Source: an uncultured delta proteobacterium (GTDB lineage Bacteria; Myxococcota; Myxococcia; Myxococcales; Anaeromyxobacteraceae). Taken from it: DNA of 64,000 nt. Made by a program: the position numbers and the translations under genes. The notes beneath the pieces are model-generated. The model saw nothing but the letters and a program-made list of their open reading frames with translations. It made no database searches and had not been told where the DNA came from. Below, in pieces: positions 40,523 through 53,371 of this stretch. Where the stretch lies: contig CAVYBH010000015.1 of NCBI GenBank assembly GCA_963766715.1, positions 32,001 to 96,000 on the forward strand, read 5' to 3'. The first letter of the stretch is position 1. Each line of letters opens with the position of its first letter.

Positions 40523-41251
40523 CTACGGCGCGCGCCGCATCGGGACGAACCGGACCGGCTCCAGCCGCCGCTCGACCGGGCCTCCTGGCGTCTTGGTCAC
40601 GACCACGAGCTCCTGGAAACCCGTGGCGGGCCCCTTCGGGTAGACGACGCGACCGCCCTCGCGAAGCTGGTCCCAGAGCGGCCGCGGAATCTCCGCCACG
40701 GCGCAGCTGATGACGATGGCGTCGAACGGTGCGGCCTCCGGCCAGCCCGCGAAGCCGTCCCCGTGCCTCAGGTGGACGTTGCGGTAGCCGAGTCGCGCCA
40801 GCGTGGCGACGCTCCGGGCGTGAAGCTCCGCTTCCAGCTCGATCCCGTAGACGTCGGCCGCGAGAACCGACAGCACCGCTGCCGCGTACCCCGACCCGGA
40901 TCCCACCTCGAGGACGCGGTCGGTCCCGCGCAGTTCCAGGGCCTCCACCATGTAGGCCACGACGAACGGCTGGCTGATGGTCTGCCCGCGCCCGATGGGC
41001 AGTGGTCCGTCCTCGTAGGCGCTGGCCCGCACGTTCTCCGGGACGAACTCGTGCCGAGGGACCGTCCTCATCGCCGCCAGGACGAACGGGTCCCGGATGC
41101 CCCTGGCCACGAGCTGCTGCTCGACCATCGCGCGCCTCGCCCTCTCCTGGGCGGTGGACCGTGCCCCCGCAGGGGGCGTCTCGACCGCCGGTGCCAGGCC
41201 TGCCGCGAGCACGACGGCCCAGCCCAGGGTGGCGAGGACGGAAGCGGTCAC
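40523..41251 (-). CDS. pcm: Protein-L-isoaspartate(D-aspartate) O-methyltransferase
   Basis: VPRHEFVP, AYEDGPLPIGRGQTISQP, VLEVGSGSGY, GDGFAGWPEAAPFDAI, VRFVPM; hydrophobic N-terminal extension. Confidence 0.95.
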   Translation of the reverse strand: MTASVLATLGWAVVLAAGLAPAVETPPAGARSTAQERARRAMVEQQLVARGIRDPFVLAAMRTVPRHEFVPENVRASAYEDGPLPIGRGQTISQPFVVAYMVEALELRGTDRVLEVGSGSGYAAAVLSVLAADVYGIELEAELHARSVATLARLGYRNVHLRHGDGFAGWPEAAPFDAIVISCAVAEIPRPLWDQLREGGRVVYPKGPATGFQELVVVTKTPGGPVERRLEPVRFVPMRRAP

Positions 41252-41296
41252 CCCCCCATCGTACGCCGTGTCCGTCCCCTCCGTACGCTGTTCCAC
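41252..41296. promoter_or_regulatory. Back-to-back -10 elements for two leaderless genes (pcm and VWA)
   Basis: Minus strand TACGAT (41258-41263)-N6-GTG; plus strand TACGCT (41284-41289)-N7-ATG; no SD before the VWA gene. Confidence 0.55.
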
Positions 41297-42737
41297 ATGA
41301 AGACCACCGCCCGCCTCCCGTTCGAGAAGATTCGCTTCGACCACCCCTTCCGCACCCACCTGGTCGTGACCCTCGACGCCCCCCACGTGGAGTGGGAGTC
41401 GCGCCGCCCGCCCGTCTGCGTCATCCCCGTCATCGACGTCTCCGGCTCCATGGCCGGCCCCAAGCTCGACCGCGCCAAGAAGTCGGTCCAGAAGCTCGTC
41501 GACCACCTCGCCCCGGGCGACTTCTGCGGCGTCGTCACCTTCACCGACCACGTCGAGGTGGTCTCGCCCCCCGTCCAGATGACCCAGGGGCGGAAGGACG
41601 TGCTGAAGACCGCCGTCGAGCGGCTCACCGACCAGGGCTCCACGAACCTCGCCGGCGGCATGCTGGAGGGGCTGCGGCTCGCGAACGGCGCCCAGCTCCC
41701 CGACGGCATGCTCGTCCGCGTGATCCTCTTCACCGACGGCCATGCCAACGTGGGCGTCGCCACCCAGGGCACCGAGCTGCTGCCGCTGCTCGAGAAGAAC
41801 CTCGGCCGCGCCAGCCTGTCGGCCTTCGGCTACGGCGCCGACGCCGACCAGGAGCTGCTCCGCGACCTCTCCACCCGCGGAAAGGGCAACTACGCCTTCG
41901 TGGCCGGCCCCGACGACGCCATGACCGCCTTCGCCCGCGAGCTGGGCGGCCTGCTCTCGACGTACGCCCAGGACCTCCGGCTCGTGATCCGGCCGCTGGG
42001 CGGCCACCTGGTGACGGGCGTCGTCTCCGACGTCGACTCCGAGCCGACCGGCTCGGGCGTCACCATCCGCATCCCCGACATCCTCGCCGACGAGACGCGC
42101 CACGTGGTCGTCTCGGTCGAGCTGGCCGCGGTCGCCTCGCCGTCGGGCGAGGTTCCCGCCTTCGAGGTCGAGGGCAGCTACGCCGTCGTCGGGCAGGAGT
42201 CGCTGGTGGTGCGGGAGAAATTCTCGCTCCAGGCGGGCGCGGAGCGGGTGGTGGCCGGTGCAGAGCAGGCTCGCCCCGACCACGCCCTCGACGTCGTCGT
42301 CGCCCAGGCCGAGCTCGTCCGCGCCCAGATCGAGGCCGAGGAGCTGGCCCGCCGGGGGCAGCACGACCTGGCCCACCAGCGGGTCTTCGTCCTCTTCCAG
42401 CAGTTCTCGGACCGCGGCCACCCCGCCGTGGCGAACGCCGCGCGGGAGGTCGCGCGGTCCATGCAGGATTCGGAGGCCTTCCAGGGCAGCACGGCCTACC
42501 GGTCGAGCATGCGCAAGGGCATGAGCCGCCGGAACGTGGTCTCCATGGAGGGCGACGGCCGACGCGACGCTCAAGTCGATGGGGCTCGCGCAGCCGACCG
42601 AGGCCCAGGAGTCGATGGACCGGCGCTTCAAGTCGGGAGAGCCGAAGACGCCGGCGGCCCCGAAGCCGCGCACGCCCCGCAGCGGGACGTCGAGGAGCCC
42701 GGGCCCGGTGAAGCCGACGCGCGCGCGGCGCTGGTGA
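41297..42737 (+). CDS. von Willebrand factor A domain protein; frameshift at ~42558
   Basis: MIDAS VIDVSGSM, GSTNLAGG, ILFTDGHAN, FGYG, GNYAFV; the shifted frame gives a basic tail ending TRARRW* at 42737, just before a hairpin. Confidence 0.9.
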
Positions 42738-42750
42738 TCCCGAAACGAGA

Positions 42751-42778
42751 GGAGGCGGCGCCGATCGGCGTCGCCTCC
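42751..42778. terminator. GC-rich hairpin between convergent genes
   Basis: GGAGGCGGCGCC-GATC-GGCGTCGCCTCC (one G-U pair); no clear U-tract. Confidence 0.55.
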
Positions 42779-42816
42779 CTGCTTCGGGCCCCCGCCCGCA
42801 CTTCGAACTCGTTGCG

Positions 42817-43238
42817 CTAGCGCCTTGCGCTTGGCGTCGACTTCCTTGGCCAGCTCCTCGATCTTCGGGCTCGGCGACCTTGGCGCCCTCGGCGGCCTTC
42901 TCGTCGGTGGGCTTGCCGGTCATGTGCGCGGCGCCGGGCGCCCAGCCCGGGGTGACCGTCGCGGCCAGGTCCTTCGCCGACCGGTTGAACGCGCCGGTGA
43001 CGCCGCCGACCATGGTCTTCGCCGTCAGGTACAGGCCGATGAAGGGGAGGAACACCACCATGAGGCCGCCGAGCACCGGCATCAGCGCCAGCGCCGCCGC
43101 CGTGTTCACCTTCACGTAGTGCTCCGAAGACTTGCCGGGCAGCCGCTCGCCGTCGCGCGCGATGGGGAAGATCTCCCAGTTGCTCTTGGAGAGGTAGTAG
43201 CCACCGGGAACCGCGCTGCCGCCGTTGATCGTCTTCAT
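42817..43238 (-). CDS. Hypothetical membrane protein; frameshift near 42865, 3' end uncertain
   Basis: GGGAGA RBS; MKTINGGSAVPGGYY..LPG..hydrophobic ALALMPVLGGLMVVFLPFIGLYL. Confidence 0.7.
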
Positions 43239-43381
43239 TTGGTTTCTCCCTTTCTGAAGACGACTCTGCTCCTTCCCGCGACCCTTCGATATTGGGCGCA
43301 ATACCCAGCCCGCCGAGTACGAATCCCGTCCTCCCCACCGGAAAACTCCCGACCCCGGATGGGTGCCGCGCGCTCCCGCGC

Positions 43382-43446
43382 TTCCCGACCGATTCCCGAC
43401 CGATTCCCGGGTCGATTGCTTCGGGTCAATTACCCGAGGATTGACG
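43382..43446. repeat. 11-bp tandem direct repeats plus inverted repeat upstream of actP (candidate operator)
   Basis: TTCCCGACCGA x2 (43382-43403) plus degenerate TTCCCGGGTCGA; TCGGGT-N5-ACCCGA (43421-43437); TTGACG at 43441. Confidence 0.55.
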
Positions 43447-43523
43447 CCATTTTGGCCGATCTTCCCGATTCGTTTTGCTAGGCTGCGACGCCTTTTTCCC
43501 CCAACCGGCCCCGGGAGAATCGA

Positions 43524-45516
43524 ATGAGCAGCGAGGTGTACCAGCGGATCCGTTCCAACCCCACCTTCGACGAACTGGTGAAGCGCCGCAGCCGCTTCGC
43601 CTGGACGCTCGCCGCCATCGTCCTCGTCGGCTTCTACGGCTTCGTCATGGTCGTGGCCTTCGCGCCGGGCGTGATCGGCCAGCGCGTCTCCCCGGGATCG
43701 ACGCTGACCGTCGGCGTCGCCGCCGGGCTGGTCATGTTCGTGGGCTTCTGGGCGCTCACCGCGCTCTACGTCCGTCGCGCCAACACCGAGTTCGACCGGC
43801 TGACCGCACAGATCGTGAAGGACGCGACCCAGCCCGCGCCTCCCTCCGGGAAGAAGATCGGCGCCGTGGTCCTCGCGCTGCTCGCCCCGTGGGCCGCCGA
43901 GGCGGCTGGCCCGGCCATGGAGGGCGCCACCGCCAAGCAGCCCATCAACGTCTACGCCATCGGGATGTTCGTCCTGTTCGTGGCGCTCACCATGGGCATC
44001 ACCTACTGGGCCTCGCGCCGGACCCGGACCGCCACCGACTTCTACACGGCCGGTGGAGGCATCACCGGCTTCCAGAACGGCCTCGCCATCGCCGGCGACT
44101 ACATGTCGGCCGCCACCCTGCTCGGCCTCACCGCCATGACGTACACGCAGGGCTTCGACGGCTACATGTACATGATCGCCTTCTTCGTGGGCTGGCCGGT
44201 CATCCTCTTCCTGATGGCCGAGCGGCTTCGGAACCTGGGGCGCTTCACCTTCGCCGACATCACGTCCTACCGGCTCGACCAGGGGAAGGTCCGCACCATG
44301 GCGGCCATCTCCTCGCTCACGGTGGTGATCTTCTACCTCATCGCCCAGATGGTCGGAGCCGGGCAGCTCATCAAGCTGCTCTTCGGCCTCGACTACCCCA
44401 TCGCCATCGTGATCGTCGGGACGCTCATGATGGTCTACGTGATCTTCGGCGGCATGGTGGCCACGACCTGGGTGCAGATCATCAAGGCCTGCATGCTCCT
44501 CGCCGGCGGCACGCTCGTCATGATCCTGGCCATGAGCCGCTTCGGCTTCTCCTACGCGACGCTGGTGGAGCGCGCGACCACGGTGCACAAGAACGGGTGG
44601 CGCCTGATGGCCCCGGGCCCGCTGCTGGCCGACCCGGTGAACGCCATCTCGCTGGGCATGGGGCTCATGTTCGGGACCGCCGGCCTTCCCCACATCCTGA
44701 TGCGCTTCTTCACCGTGAGCAACGCCAAGGAGGCGCGCAAGTCGGTCCTCTTCGCCTCGGGCTTCGTGGCCTACTTCTTCAACGTCATCTTCCTCATGGG
44801 GCTCTCGGCGGTCCTCATCGTCGGCCTCGACCCGGCCTTCTTCGAGGGCGGCCAGCTCGGCGGCAAGCTCGTCGGCGGCGGGAACATGGTCGCCATGCAC
44901 CTCGCCAAGGCCGTGGGCGGCAACCTGCTGCTCGGGTTCCTCGCCGCGGTGGCCTTCGCCACCATCCTGGCCGTGGTCTCGGGCCTGGCGCTGGCCGGCG
45001 CGTCGGCCATCTCGCACGACCTCTACGCGCGCGTGATCAAGAAGGGCACCGCCACCGAGGAGGCGGAGATCCGCGTCTCCAAGTTCGCCACCATCGGCCT
45101 CGGCATCATCGCCATCGCGCTCGGGAATCCTCTTCGAGAAGCAGAACGTGGCCTTCATGGTCGGCCTCGCCTTCGGCGTCGCCGCGGCGGCCAACTTCCC
45201 GGTCCTCATCCTCTCCATGTACTGGAAGGGGCTCAGCACCCGGGGCGCGCTCGCCGGCGGCTACTCGGGCCTCTTCTCGGCGGTGATCTTCGTCGTCCTC
45301 TCCAAGTCGGTCTGGGTGGCCGTGCTCGGGAACCCGAAGCCCATCTTCCCCTACGATCAGCCTGCCCTCTTCGCGATGCCGATCGCCTTCCTGGCCGCCT
45401 TCGTCTTCTCGAAGACCGACCACTCGGCGCGGGCCAAGGCGGAGGCGGAGGCGTTCGAGGACCAGTACGTCCGCGCCCAGACCGGCTTCGGCGCGTCCGG
45501 GGCGAGCAAGCACTGA
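43524..45516 (+). CDS. actP: DUF485 (YjcH) fused to cation/acetate symporter ActP; frameshift at ~45127
   Basis: N-terminal DUF485 ([20 protein letters not shown]); [74 protein letters not shown]. Confidence 0.93.
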
Positions 45517-45531
45517 TCGGGGGCCCGCGCC

Positions 45532-47322
45532 TCACAGCCGGTGGTGGTAGGCGGCCATGTCCTGCCAGGCCTTCACCACCCGGAACGACTCCTTGAGGCG
45601 GGTCCGCTCGACGGGCGAGAGCGCGGAGAGCGCCACCTCGTCCGGGGGCGGCCCGCCCTCGGCGAGCGTGCGGAGCTGCAGCCGCAGGCGCAGGCCGGAG
45701 AGGAAGCGGTAGGCCTCGGAGACGTTGTCGCGCAGGTCGGGCGCCATGCGCCCGGCCCGCTCGGCCGCCTCGAGCCGGTCGAGGGTGCCGCGCGCCCGGG
45801 AGCCGATCTCGAGCGCGTAGCACCGCGCCAGGAAGACGATGGGCGAGATGCCCTGCTTCTTGAGATCCACCACGGAGGACGCGCCCCGCAGCCGCAGGAG
45901 CAGCATCTGCGGGGGCGTGAAGCGGATCGCCTCCTGGGCCATGGCGCGCAGGAAGAGCGGCTCCGACGCCGCCACGGCCATCTCCGCCTGGAGCGGCTCC
46001 ACGTCGAGCTTGCCCATGACCCGGCGGTGGTCGAAGAAGATGGCCGCCTCGAGGAGCGACTGCGGGCGCGGGTCGCGAATCCAGCCGGCGAAGCGCTCGC
46101 GCCACTCGCCCAGCGTGCCGTTCCAGTTCCGCGCCATGTAGCCGCCCGGGCACACCGGGAAGCCGGCCCGCTCGAGGTCGGCGTTCACCTTCTCCGCGAA
46201 GGCCTGGAACCAGGAGCGGTCGTTCCCCGCCGCGTCGGCGAAGACGAGCGCGTTGTCCTGGTCGGTGAGCAGCGTCTGCTCCATCCGCCCCTCCGACCCC
46301 AGCGCCAGCCAGGCGTAGGGCGCGGGAGGCGGCCCCAGATCCGCCTCCGCCCAGCGGACGATCGGGCGGAGCAGCGCGTCGTTCAGGCGCGCCACGAGCT
46401 GCGCGATGATCACCGGATCGAGCCGCGCGGCCAGCAGGCCCGCGACCATCTCGGCGACCCGGGCGCCGTGGCCCGCCAGCCCCTCGCGCGACGCGATGCG
46501 CTCCACGTTCCGCACCGCCGCCACCGGGCCCTGCGCGGTCGCGCGCATGAGGTCGGTGGAGGTCACCACCCCGACCACCTCTCCGTCCCTCATCAGCGGG
46601 AGGTGGTGGCGGTTCCCGTCGAGGAGCGCCATCCACGCCTCGTACACGGGGGTGCTCGCGGGGAGCGTCCAGAGCGGGCGGGTCGCCACCTCGGACACGG
46701 GCGTCTCGCCCCCGATGCCCTCGGCCACCACCCGGTTGCGCAGGTCCCGATCGGTCAGGATCCCCGGGGGATCCCCGCGGACGAGCACCGACGAGATCCC
46801 GTGGTCCCGCATGGCGCGAGCGGTCTCGACCAGCGTGGCCGTCGCCTCCATCCAGACCGGCGGGCCCGCGGCGAGCCGGCCCACCTCGCCCGAGAGATCG
46901 GGCTGGAAGCTGGCCACCGGCGAGAGCTCCAGGCTCGAGCGCAGCCGCTCGCCCAGCCCGGCGGCGAAGTGCCCGGCGAACCGCGGCTCCTCGGCGAGCT
47001 CCCGGAACACCGCGGCCGGCAGCGCGCAGGCCACGAGGTCGTCCTCCACCACGACGTCGAAGGAGGCCTTCCCGGTGAGCAGCGAGGTGTAGCCGAAGGT
47101 CTCGCCCTCCTCGAGCACCTGGACCGTCTGGCCGTGCCGCTCGAGCCGGACCGAGCCCGAGAGGATGACGTACAGGTCGTGGAGAGGCTCCCCGTCGGCC
47201 CGGACGAGCCAGGTCCCGGCGGGGAAGCGGCGCTCGGTCAGCTGGCGCGCCGCGGCGTCGAAGACCGTGCGCGGCAGGAGGTCGAAAGGCGGGGTCGCCC
47301 GCAGGAAGTCGATGGGGTCCAC
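45532..47322 (-). CDS. cNMP-binding / CBS / DUF294 putative nucleotidyltransferase
   Basis: [69 protein letters not shown]. Confidence 0.93.
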   Translation of the reverse strand: MDPIDFLRATPPFDLLPRTVFDAAARQLTERRFPAGTWLVRADGEPLHDLYVILSGSVRLERHGQTVQVLEEGETFGYTSLLTGKASFDVVVEDDLVACALPAAVFRELAEEPRFAGHFAAGLGERLRSSLELSPVASFQPDLSGEVGRLAAGPPVWMEATATLVETARAMRDHGISSVLVRGDPPGILTDRDLRNRVVAEGIGGETPVSEVATRPLWTLPASTPVYEAWMALLDGNRHHLPLMRDGEVVGVVTSTDLMRATAQGPVAAVRNVERIASREGLAGHGARVAEMVAGLLAARLDPVIIAQLVARLNDALLRPIVRWAEADLGPPPAPYAWLALGSEGRMEQTLLTDQDNALVFADAAGNDRSWFQAFAEKVNADLERAGFPVCPGGYMARNWNGTLGEWRERFAGWIRDPRPQSLLEAAIFFDHRRVMGKLDVEPLQAEMAVAASEPLFLRAMAQEAIRFTPPQMLLLRLRGASSVVDLKKQGISPIVFLARCYALEIGSRARGTLDRLEAAERAGRMAPDLRDNVSEAYRFLSGLRLRLQLRTLAEGGPPPDEVALSALSPVERTRLKESFRVVKAWQDMAAYHHRL

Positions 47323-47351
47323 GGCGAGGCCGACCCCGAAGGTAGCACGCG

Positions 47352-47738
47352 CTACGGCTTCCGCTTCTTCTGCATCTCGTCCCAGACAGGACGGAAGTCG
47401 TAGGCCGGGTAGAACTCGGTCCGGTAGGCGCCCCACCCGGCGTTCTCGATGGCCAGGTTCACGTCCCGGAGCCGGTCGGGGGGCACGCGCAGGGTCACCA
47501 CCTGGCCGATGCCCATGACCACGTACCAGCTCACCACCTCGATGCCGGCGGGCGGGAACTTCTCGTACCAGCCGTTCTTCGTGAGCTGGGCGTTCAGCTC
47601 GGGGAGCGGCCGGGACTGGTCGTGGCGAAGGAAGATGGTGAGGAGGATGGCGTCGCCGGGCGGCCGGGCCGGTTCCGCGGCGACGGCGGGCACGGACAGG
47701 GCGACGGCGAGCGCAGCGGCGACGAGGGCACGGGGCAC
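47352..47738 (-). CDS. Exported hypothetical protein
   Basis: GGAGG RBS; signal peptide; LTIFLRHDQS..FPPAGIEVVSWYVVMGIGQVVTLR..WGAYRTEFYP. Confidence 0.75.
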   Translation of the reverse strand: MPRALVAAALAVALSVPAVAAEPARPPGDAILLTIFLRHDQSRPLPELNAQLTKNGWYEKFPPAGIEVVSWYVVMGIGQVVTLRVPPDRLRDVNLAIENAGWGAYRTEFYPAYDFRPVWDEMQKKRKP

Positions 47739-47839
47739 GGGAACCTCCGCGATTCCGGGAGAGCGGCCGAGGGATTCGACGGGTCCCGGGACTTCGGTGG
47801 AGGAAGCCTAGCGGGGGCCAGGAGCGGCCTCCACCCCCG

Positions 47840-49132
<1,293 letters not shown>

Positions 49133-49137
49133 GCCGC

Positions 49138-50634
<1,497 letters not shown>

Positions 50635-50659
50635 GTGAAACCCCTTCCGCCTGTTGCCG

Positions 50660-51849
50660 CTAGTGAATCGCCGCCATGCGCTGCCAGAGCCGCGCCGCCT
50701 CGCGCCGGGAGGCCTGGGTGATCTCCACCAGGTCGCCGGAGACGAGCCGCCCGTCCTCTACCACGACCCGCCCGTTCACGACGACGTGCCGGACGCCCCG
50801 CCCGTCCCGCACGACCACGTCCCCGAGCGCACCCGGGGTGAGCGGCCTGCGCGGCCGCCTCGAAGCGCTGGGCCACGAGCGCGTTCCCCGCCGCGAGCCG
50901 GCCCGCGGCCCGGTCGTCGCCGTGGAGCGGCGGCCAGGCGGAAGAGCGCCGCCTCCTCCACCGCCATGTCGGCGTGCCAGCCGTCGGTGCCGAGCGCCAC
51001 CCGGCGGCCGTAGCGCAGCGCGCCCGGGTAGCCCACCTTGTTCCCCTCGTTCGATCGGGGATTCTGCACCAGCCAGAGCCCGGCCTCGTTCACGAGGGCG
51101 ACCTCCTCGGGCGAGAGATGCACCCCGTGCGCCAGGATGGAGCCGGGCGGCAGGGCGTCGAGGGCGAGCAGGCGCTCGAGCGGTCCGGGCGTGCCGCGGG
51201 CGCGGGCGTCGGCCACGTCGGCGAGGTCCTCCGCCACGTGGACGTGGACCACGGTGCCCAGGTCCCTGGCCACGCGCCCGGCCTCGCGGATCGTCTCGTC
51301 GGAGACGGTGAAGCTCGCGTGCAGGCCGACCAGGCCGCGGAGCGTCGGCGTGGGGGCGAGGCGCCGGCACTCGGCCAGGCCCCGCCGCGCCTCCTCGATT
51401 CCCCCGTTCCGCTCGGTGGCGCCGTAGCAGAGGAGCGCGCGCACGCCCAGCTCGTCGCAGGCCTCCGCGAGAACCGCGAGGGATCCCTCGATGAAGGCCG
51501 GTGACTCCTGGTGATCGACGAGCGAGGTCGTCCCGGCGAGGAGCGCGCGGGCGACGGCGTCCCGGGCGGACGCCCGCAGGCTGTCCGCGTCGAGGGCCCG
51601 GTCGAGCCGCCACCAGACCCGCTCCAGGATCTGGAGGAAGCTCCCGGGGGGCGGGACCGGGGGCGGCATCCCGTAGGAGGCGAGCCCGCTGTAGAGGTGC
51701 GTGTGGGCGCAGACGTTCCCGGGGACGATGTCGGCGCCGGTGGCGTCGAGGGTCCGCGCGCCCGGGGCGGCCGCGGCGGTCACCCGGCCGCCGGTGACCG
51801 CGACCGACCTGCCGGAACAATCGGGCCCGATGAGGAGGGGAGCGCTCAG
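50660..51849 (-). CDS. ssnA: SsnA-like metal-dependent amidohydrolase; frameshift near 50920
   Basis: [70 protein letters not shown]. Start uncertain. Confidence 0.85.
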
Positions 51850-51959
51850 GCGGGGTCCTTCGCGACGATGGATTGGACCCGGCGCACGGTGTCGCAGTAT
51901 CAGGGGAAGGACGGGCACATTCAAGCGACGGCGGGCCCGTCCTGACCGGGAGGACGTGG

Positions 51960-53366
51960 ATGGCGGCGACCTGGATTCGCGGCGGCACGGTGGTCACCGA
52001 GGACGGGCGGAAGCGGGCCGATCTGCTGCTCCGGGACGGCGTCGTGGCCGCGGCCGGCGACGCGCTCGACGTGCCGTCCGGCGCGGAGGTCGTCGAGGCA
52101 GGGCGGCTGCTTCGTCATGCCCGGCGGGATCGACCCGCACACCCACATGCAGCTGCCCACCATGGGCACGGTCGTCGCCGACGACTTCCTGAGCGGTACC
52201 GGCGCCGCGGCGGCCGGGGGCACCACCACCATCCTCGACTTCGTCGGCCCCGAGCGGGGGCAGTCCCCGGTGGAGGCGCTCGCGCGGTGGCAGGCCTGGG
52301 CGGCGCGCTGCACGGTGGACTACGGCTTCCACATGACGGTGTCGTGGTGGGGCCCGGGCTTCGCCGCCGAGATGGCGCCGCTCGTCCGCACCCACGGCGT
52401 GGCCAGCTTCAAGTTCTTCCTCGCCTACAAGGGCGGCCTCATGCTCTCCGACGAGCAGATCGTCGAGGGGTTCCTGCGCTGCAAGGAACTCGGCGCGCTC
52501 GCCCAGGTTCACGCCGAGAACGGGGAGCTCATCGCCTACCTCCAGGCGAAGCTCCTCGCGGCGGGCAAGACCGCGCCCGCGGCCCACGCCCTCTCCCGTC
52601 CGCCGGAGCTGGAGGGCGAGGCCACGCTCCGCGCCATCACCATGGCCGAGACCGTCGACGTGCCGCTCTACGTGGTCCACGTCTCCGCGGCGCAGGCGGC
52701 CGACGCCATCGGGGGCGCCCGCCGGCGCGGGGTGAAGGTGGTGGGCGAGACGCTGCCCGGTTTCCTCGCCATCGACGACTCGGTCTATTCGTCCGCCGAC
52801 TTCGACCAGGCGGCCGGCCACGTGATGAGCCCGCCCTACCGCCCGGTCGGGCCACCAGGAGGCGCTCTGGAAGGCCATCGGGTCGGGCGCGCTCAGCGTC
52901 ACCGGAACCGATCACTGCTGCTTCACGAAGGCCCAGAAGCGCGCCGGGCTCGAGCGGTTCACGCTCATCCCGAACGGCTGCGGCGGGGTCGAGGACCGGC
53001 TGCACGTGCTCTGGCACCTGGGCGTGAACGGGGGGCGGCTCACCCCCGAGCAGTTCGTCTCGCTCACCTCCGCGAACGCCGCCCGGGTCTTCAACCTCTG
53101 GCCCAGGAAGGGCTCGCTCTCCGTGGGCGCGGACGCCGACGTCATCGTCCTCGACCCCGAGAGGACGAAGACGCTCTCGGCCCGCACGCAGCACCAGCGG
53201 ACTGACTTCTCGGTCTGGGAGGGGCGCGACGTGAAGGGGGTGGTCGTCCACACCTTCTCGCGCGGCCGCCACCTCTGGGCCGACGGGGACCTGCGCGCCG
53301 AGGCCGGCTGGGGCCGCTTCCTCCCCCGCCCGCCCTTCGGTCGCGGTCTACCAGGGCACGGTCTAG
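51960..53366 (+). CDS. hydA: Dihydropyrimidinase / D-hydantoinase; frameshifts
   Basis: [71 protein letters not shown]. Confidence 0.93.
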
Positions 53367-53371
53367 GACGG

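Noticed and set aside
43382..43415. CRISPR array
   Set aside because: Repeats are 11 bp, contiguous, have no spacers, and there are no cas genes.
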